Notes under the pieces: model-generated
The model's input: only the letters and a program-made list of their open reading frames with translations
Database searches by the model: none
Told to the model about the DNA's origin: nothing
Part shown: positions 20,761-26,008 of the stretch, one piece after another
Numbering within the stretch: the stretch's first letter is position 1
How the letters are laid out: each line of letters starts with the position of its first letter
Translations under genes and position numbers: made by a program
Source of the DNA: Ginkgo biloba
Lineage: Eukaryota > Plantae > Ginkgophyta
Length of the DNA: 26,008 nucleotides
Direction of reading: 5' to 3'
Assembly: GCA_024626585.2 (NCBI GenBank)
Contig: JANKJI020000002.1
Span: 193,835,334 to 193,861,341 of the forward strand

Positions 20761-23337
20761 CACCTCCTTATAACATATTTACAATTTATGAGACCTTCAC
20801 CATAGTCCTTACCCTCAAGACAATAACTTGTTATAAAATATTGGTGGTTGTATTCATCAACTATAACCATATATATAACTCTAGCTTATGAGCATACATA
20901 CTTGATTGCCAAACCTATTAACAAATGGTATCTCATTCCATAAATTAAGAAGGTGCATAAAAGAAAGAGAGTACACATAATTAAATGTTGTAGAAGTTAA
21001 GAAAATTTACATACTATTCTTTAATCAATTATTCTTCTTCACAACAAGCTTTAATAATAAAAAAATACATTAATAAATCTTCTTTTAATTTTTTTCTAAG
21101 AATCGTGATTAAGAGAGATAACTATATTTTCTCCATAATGATATAATTAATACAATTCAATGCTTATTTTCTACTTATTCATTTTTCTTAAATTTAATGA
21201 TCACCCACCAAATAAAAACATAAATCCATCATATCTCCACATCAATAATGTTTTATTCGTTAATTACTATAATGGTTATCTCTTTATTGCTTGCTTTTTA
21301 ATGATTTAATTTTTTAATTCCTTTTATTCATTTAAGTTATAAATAAATATTATACACCAAATAACTCTACAAATCTATGAAATCATGATTATAGATATCA
21401 ACATTCATCACTTTTTTATGATTTAGTTTTGATGTTGTTTAATTTATTTATTTTTAAGTCATACACCAAATAAATCTATAAGTCTATGNNNNNNNNNNCT
21501 TTAACGATCGTGTAGTATTATGACATAATTTTTAATGCATACTATTAATGAGGAGATGGTTGGATGTGATTTGTACACACATACACACACATTATAATAT
21601 TAATATTATTAAAAACTAAATTAACTATTTCATACTTTTTCTAATGTATTCAATGAGGAGGGTGGTTATGTATGCCATCTTTTTTTAGTAAAATAGTATA
21701 GATGATTATCATGTGAATTATGGATATTCTTNNNNNNNNNNNNNNNNNNNNNNNNNNNNNNNNNNNNNNNNNNNNNNNNNNNNNNNNNNNNNNNNNNNNN
21801 NNNNNNNNNNNNNNNNNNNNNNNNNNNNNNNGTTCAATGGTTTGTATGATTTCTAGAGATAGTTTCTTAGAAAGGTATAAGGATCTTTTTCTTGTTCATT
21901 GAATTACTTATCATTATTTCTTGAAATCCAATCTTACCCCAATATCTAGTTTTTTGAAAGTTATTTTTATCCGATGAATCTCATATTCTAATTCATTAGG
22001 TACACTTAATTTGTTCATTAAAGCGACTTCTTTTCTTGGATTATTTGTTGAAATAAACCCTAAACACTATTTAAATTTCTAAGATTGATAATCACCTTTC
22101 TCCCATTTGCTAAGCCTCCATGTTTTTTTTATCAAAATGAACAATGGTACCCTTCCACTCTTTTTTATTGTCAACCCTCAACGATTTGAGACCCATTCTC
22201 AAGAAGGTTGAATTTAAGTCTCACTCACTATAACTTCATTCTATGTCTGTCAAGAGGTTTATTAGACATCAAAAATCTTGACTATCTCATTCCTTAGAAT
22301 GGATCTTTGCTAGCACCGTAAAACCTACTATGAGTTCAATCTCTTAGACAGGGCTTCAAATTCACCTAAAGTGGTCCTAGTGAACACTTGGAATCCCTCA
22401 TATATCTAGTTTCCAAGAAGAATGATTAATGTCTTATACTAGATATTATAAGATTCCTTTTGTAACTACTTAATGATTGAGTCATGCATAGGCTACACAT
22501 CAAATACTTCTATTAGTGAATTGACATTATAGTAAAAATAAAAAATTAAGGGAATGAACATATCCCTAGGCCACTCAAATTTTAGAAGAATAAAATTGTA
22601 ATAACTTCTAAAAGTTGCACTTGTAAATACATGGTTATAATAGANNNNNNNNNNNNGTTATATTTTTCTTCAAAACAAAAACATAACTGAGTCATATGTT
22701 ATTTTTACAAGGAAATCCATGTGCATTACATTTTCATTCTAAATTACAAGGAACATTAATTACACTTTAAAAATAGTAAAACATTATAAGAACTTTCCTA
22801 CCATCATTTTTTTATTATTATGTTTTATTTTCTTTATTATTTAGCTTACTTATTTTTGTTGACATTAATCCAATGAAATTAGCCCCAAATCATGATCTTT
22901 CTCAATTAATTAGGGAAAATAACTCAATACCGATGTCATCCTACTAACCTATTAGCTAATAGTTTCAACATAGGCATTTACATCATGTTGTTGAATTTTC
23001 AAAGAGTGTTGGAGGTTTATCAACTTTAGACATTATGAATTTATTTTCACAACCATCATTTGTCGATCCTCTAAAATATGACTCAAATAAAATTAAAATT
23101 AAGAGTGATCCAAAATACTCTCAAATTATATCTCCACCCACACATAGTTCTGTGGTTCTCTCACCATGAGTTCATATGACTTTGTCCATGACTAAGTTTG
23201 TGGGTTTATGTTTCTTACTTATCCTAGGGATTCTATAATAACCCAACGAAAAGATACATGGTTCCTAAGTGAAATACTTATAGTTGCAGTAGTGTGTATA
23301 AACGTTGGGGACCTATGCTTTGAGGGAGAAGCATATT

Positions 23338-23686
23338 AAGGGGGGATGGCATGATGTTATCCTAAACCATTATAAATGAATATNNNNNNNNNNNNNNNNN
23401 NNNNNNNNNNNNNNNNNNNNNNNNNNNNNNNNNNNNNNNNNNNNNNNTAACAAGGAGTTACCATAAGGGAGGTTAGAATTAAGCCTAAGGAAGACCAATT
23501 TGAGTATATAAGGGCAACCTATATTGAATCCTAAGATAAAATTCAAATTTTATCTTGATCCTACTTCTATAATTTGCTACTCTTTGATATATTAGACTTT
23601 GGTGAGTCCCTTTGTGATGTCTTGGGCTTAGGTAAGTCCCATTGTAATTCTTGAGGTCTTCATTACATTAGTGTGGATTTGTGACA
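23338..23686 (+). mobile_element. PPT plus putative 3' LTR remnant of a Ty3/gypsy element
   Basis: AAGGGGGGATGG (23338-23349) is followed by TGATG at 23352. TATATAA lies at 23505-23511, and a possible ...GTGACA end at 23686. There is an internal gap. Confidence 0.5.
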
Positions 23687-24179
23687 TGGATATTAGCTAA
23701 ATTGTGCATCTATTTTGTATATTATTTTGTAACTCTATATTTTACATCATTTGGAGTAATATTTTGGTAGTGGGACTTTTTAGGAACACTATAATTGGTA
23801 TAAGATTTGAGTTCCATGCTCTAGAGGAGGTACGACTGAATTATATCAAATTTAGTGTTGTAAAAGATATAATTTTATAAAAAAAAATCATTTTTAGATA
23901 TATCAAATTGATATATGCAATTTTTTTTCTTAAATTATTTGAATGTATTCTTTAAATCACCTAAAAAGTGCATTTGAAGTTGGGGAAAAAATCAGTCATA
24001 TTTTGGAGTTGTTTTGAATACATTTCATAAAAATTAAGAGTTTTAGTGAATANNNNNNNNNNNNNNNNNNNNNNNNNNNNNNNNNNNNNNNNNNNNNNNN
24101 NNNNNNNNNNNNNNNNNNNNNNNNNNNNNNNNNNNNNNNNNNNNNNNNNNNNCATGAGTACCAATCTCATGTAAACCCT

Positions 24180-24810
24180 AGTGTTAGTGCTTATACCTTC
24201 TAGGGAAGAACTTGCATAAAAATAATTTACTAGATATATGAATTCCTTTGGTGAGTCCTTATTTATCTATATATTTCATTCTATATGTACTCAAATTGTC
24301 TTCCCTACTAATTCTTTGGTGATCACAATGTATTGCATATCAACCTTTATTACTTTATCCTTGTAACTATGAACAAAATGAATTATTTAAATTCACTTAA
24401 AATTATGGGTAAGCTAACATAGGTCATACATTTTTACTCCCCTCATCAATTTGTCTAAGGAATTATTCATAACATCAATTTACTATAATTAGATTCCCTT
24501 AATATCTTAAAAATTCTATGAAATTACCTAAAGTGTTGGATGGGGGTCCTTCTTCATAATTTTGCCTAATTTTCCTCACCCCATTATTTTATTGGATCTA
24601 GTTCCTCTTCTTTTTGGATCCTTGGTTCTTTTATTACTCTTTCTTTCATCTTTACCTTCTTCACTGGATGAACTGGTTGGGCTACCAAATAGCTATAAGA
24701 CTCCATAATCCCAATCCTGCATACTTTTTGAACTTTACAATCACCCCTATGTATTTAAAATGCCTAACTACTTGTGGAAAATTTTATTTTATTGTAATTA
24801 TAGGGTTTTC
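24180..24810 (-). pseudogene. Decayed transposon accessory-ORF-like frame
   Basis: An acidic/basic N-terminal stretch is followed by IIHFVHSYKDKVIKVDMQYIVITKELVGK, resembling the F..xI.ITxELI motif of plant LTR-element extra ORFs (recall, not searched). Confidence 0.35.
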
Positions 24811-24929
24811 AACACCTCAATCATGGCCTCAACATAAATTAATAGTGTGCTTGATTGATTACTAGAATTGTGAGTCATGACATTGGATTAAGTAGACAAG
24901 ATTATTACCATGAACTTGATCTAAGAGAA

Positions 24930-26008
24930 AATATTATCCTCAATAATAGTTTAGGATAAATCTAGAAGATACATGGCATAGAAATGATAGTTCAACACTT
25001 TGTAAATTTATCCTCACATAATGGTGAATATATCTTTCTATAATCTATAAAAATGGTTACATGGTGTAGTGGGTATAAATCAATAGTTTGAGGCAAAGGT
25101 ATCCTCATGGTGAGATGACAATAAATATGACAGTTAAGTATAAAGTGATTCCATGCATAATGAGAATAACTTAGTAGTTTTAGGAAAAATATGAAGAAAG
25201 AGTTATCCTCGTGACAAGTTGAGGGTAAGGTTAATAGGTAGGCATAAAGAGGTCACATATACAATGATGATAACTTGGAAGTATAAGGGTATATACAAAG
25301 GAAAACTTATCCTCATGATTGGCTAAGGTAATCTTAATAGTAAGGCATAAACTAGTCACATGTGTAGTGGGGATAAGTTGGTAATGTGATGGTAAACACA
25401 AAGGAGAATTTAACCTCATCACAAGTTGAGGAAAAGTTTGACAGTTATACATAAAGAGATCATATACAAAGAGAGGATACCTTATCAGTCTGAGGGTAAA
25501 TACAAAGGAAAATTTATCCTCATGATGAGATAAAAGTAAGTCTAATAGTTATGTATAAAGTGGTCACATGCATAGCAGAGATAACTTGGTAGTGTGAGGA
25601 TAAATACAAAGGAAAATTTATCCTCATGATAGTTTGAAAGTAATTTTGATAGTTATACATAAAGTGGTCATATGTGTAGTGAGGACAACTTTCCAATCTG
25701 AGGGTAAATACAAAGGAAAAGTTATCCTCATAATGAGATGAGGGTAACTCTAATAATTATACATAAAGTGATCACATACATAGTAAGTATAACTTGGTAG
25801 TTTGAGGGTAAATATAAAGGAAAATTTATCCTCATGATAGGCTAAGGTTAAGTCTAAAAATTACTCATAAAGTGGTCGTACGCATAGTGAGGATAACTTG
25901 GTAATATGAGGGTAAATACAAAGGAAACGTTATCCTCATGACAAGTTGAGGGTAAGTATGGTAAGGATAAATTGACAATAAGTAAAAATTTATCCTCATG
26001 ATTAGATA
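24930..26008. repeat. 104-bp tandem array with internal inverted TGAGGRTAA/TTATCCTCA motifs; runs off the window end
   Basis: The TTATCCTCA anchor occurs at ~25099, 25203, 25307, 25410, 25514, 25618, 25722, 25826 and 25930 (period 104). Shorter or degenerate units anchor at 24934, 25008 and 25990. Confidence 0.95.

Noticed and set aside
21331-21670. Short local duplications (atacaccaaataa..tctatg; aatgaggag..tggtt) and a CA microsatellite
   Set aside because: These are ordinary AT-rich slippage or duplication events with no further structure.
24614-25452. ORFs 24614-24865 (+) and 25231-25452 (-)
   Set aside because: The first is the antisense of a purine-rich relic and the second is a chance frame in the tandem array.
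24930-26008. CRISPR-like array (palindromic repeat at regular spacing)
   Set aside because: The intervening segments are homologous to each other rather than unique spacers. There are no cas genes and the context is a plant TE region.

Overview
AT-rich, heavily gapped (19 N-runs, many of about 100 N and so probably unsized) eukaryotic DNA, almost certainly from a large-genome land plant. A gymnosperm is my inference from the retroelement styles. I see no intact protein-coding gene. The window is mostly decayed retroelements. In order: (1) an L1-type element at ~170-2167 with ORF1 (DUF4283 plus zinc knuckle), a 3' stem-loop, poly(A) and a probable TSD, but no visible ORF2; (2) a Ty3/gypsy protease fragment (~2500-2985, minus); (3) a near-complete decayed Ty3/gypsy (minus, gag-PR-RT-RH-INT-PPT-LTR, ~4633-9600); (4) pieces of a non-chromovirus Athila/Tat-like Ty3/gypsy (minus, ~9853-13240), with an extra coiled-coil ORF ending at the PPT; (5) L1 ORF1 (~14192-15120) and ORF2 EN-RT-zf-RNase H (~16031-20760), with a diverged duplicate of part of RT; (6) a PPT plus LTR at ~23338-23686; (7) a 104-bp tandem array rich in inverted motifs (~24930-26008). 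Two CpG/CHG-retaining islands (~3651-4470 and ~15152-15931) look host-derived and have splice-site-like motifs. Protein assignments come from my own translation and recall of family motifs, not from database searches. Boundaries are approximate.
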